Below are positions 63,490 to 64,000 of a stretch of DNA of 64,000 bases, one piece after another. A model generated the notes under the pieces. The model was given only the letters and a program-made list of their open reading frames with translations. It was not told the DNA's origin and did no database searches. The translations under genes and the position numbers were made by a program. The first letter of the stretch is position 1. The number at the start of each line of letters is the position of its first letter. Origin of the DNA: Lama glama (taxonomy: Eukaryota); assembly GCA_028534125.1 (NCBI GenBank), contig CM052832.1, forward strand, positions 10,542,001 to 10,606,000. Direction: 5' to 3'.

Positions 63490-63920
63490 TACTGTTTTTA
63501 TTTGGGGTTCCCTCTAGAGCTCTTAGACATGGATCTGGATGCAAGTAGTTTACTTGAGATGTGAGCCCTGGAAGCGCCAGCAGGGGTGTGGGGAAGTGAG
63601 GTGGGGAGGGGAAGGGGAGGGGAAGGGAGCCACTATTGGGTGTGTTAACAAGTGAAGAAGTAGGTCTACATGCCACTGGGGACTTCCTGGCCACTGTGCA
63701 GAAGATGTCTCACAGTTGTCCTATCTGAGGGCGAGGATGCCAGGATTTCATCCTCCAGCTCCCACACATCCTTGGACACTACTAGAACCATTAACCTCCT
63801 GGCAGTGGGGGGCCTCCCTGTGCACAGGTCAGGAGAAAGCCCTGAGCCAAGTCACAGGTACTTGAGGGAGACCCCGTGGGCATGAGCTGGGACAGCAGGT
63901 TGGGAGAGCGCTGACTGCAC
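63490..63920 (-). mobile_element. LTR16-like ERVL LTR
   Basis: gggttccctctagag...agacatggatctggatgcaagtagtttacttgag...ggggtgtggggaagtgag...gggtgtgtta. Confidence 0.6.
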
Positions 63921-64000
63921 CTGCTGCATACAGCCCGGCCCCTCAGGGCAACGTGCTCCTCCTTACTGCCTACCGCCGTGCTCTGGACAGAATCCTATAA

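Overview
Mammalian genomic DNA with two 500-N assembly gaps. It is most likely camelid, judging by a tRNA-Ala-derived Vic-1-type SINE at 20845-20960. I found no recognisable protein-coding exon: the listed ORFs are random, repeat-derived or span Ns, so the window reads as intergenic or deep-intronic sequence. It is dense in ancient repeats (MIR, L2, CR1/L3, MLT1, ERVL-type LTRs, hAT-Charlie MITEs, old L1M) with a few younger insertions. Between the repeats lie AT-rich blocks full of homeodomain, TCF and FOX motifs that look like conserved enhancers, plus one CpG-rich patch near 37 kb. Three structures stand out. (i) A dispersed family of ~39-bp hairpin-forming tandem repeats, apparently derived from the L2 3' end, at six sites; the largest has ~19 units with a higher-order duplication and an LTR inserted in it. 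(ii) A twin-primed (5'-inverted) L1 insertion with a perfect 15-bp TSD. (iii) A solo LTR with seven CCAAT boxes, six of them phased at 23-24 bp, and two octamers. Repeat subfamily names come from recalled consensus sequences and most boundaries are approximate. I cannot identify the locus, and I see no convincing novel gene system.
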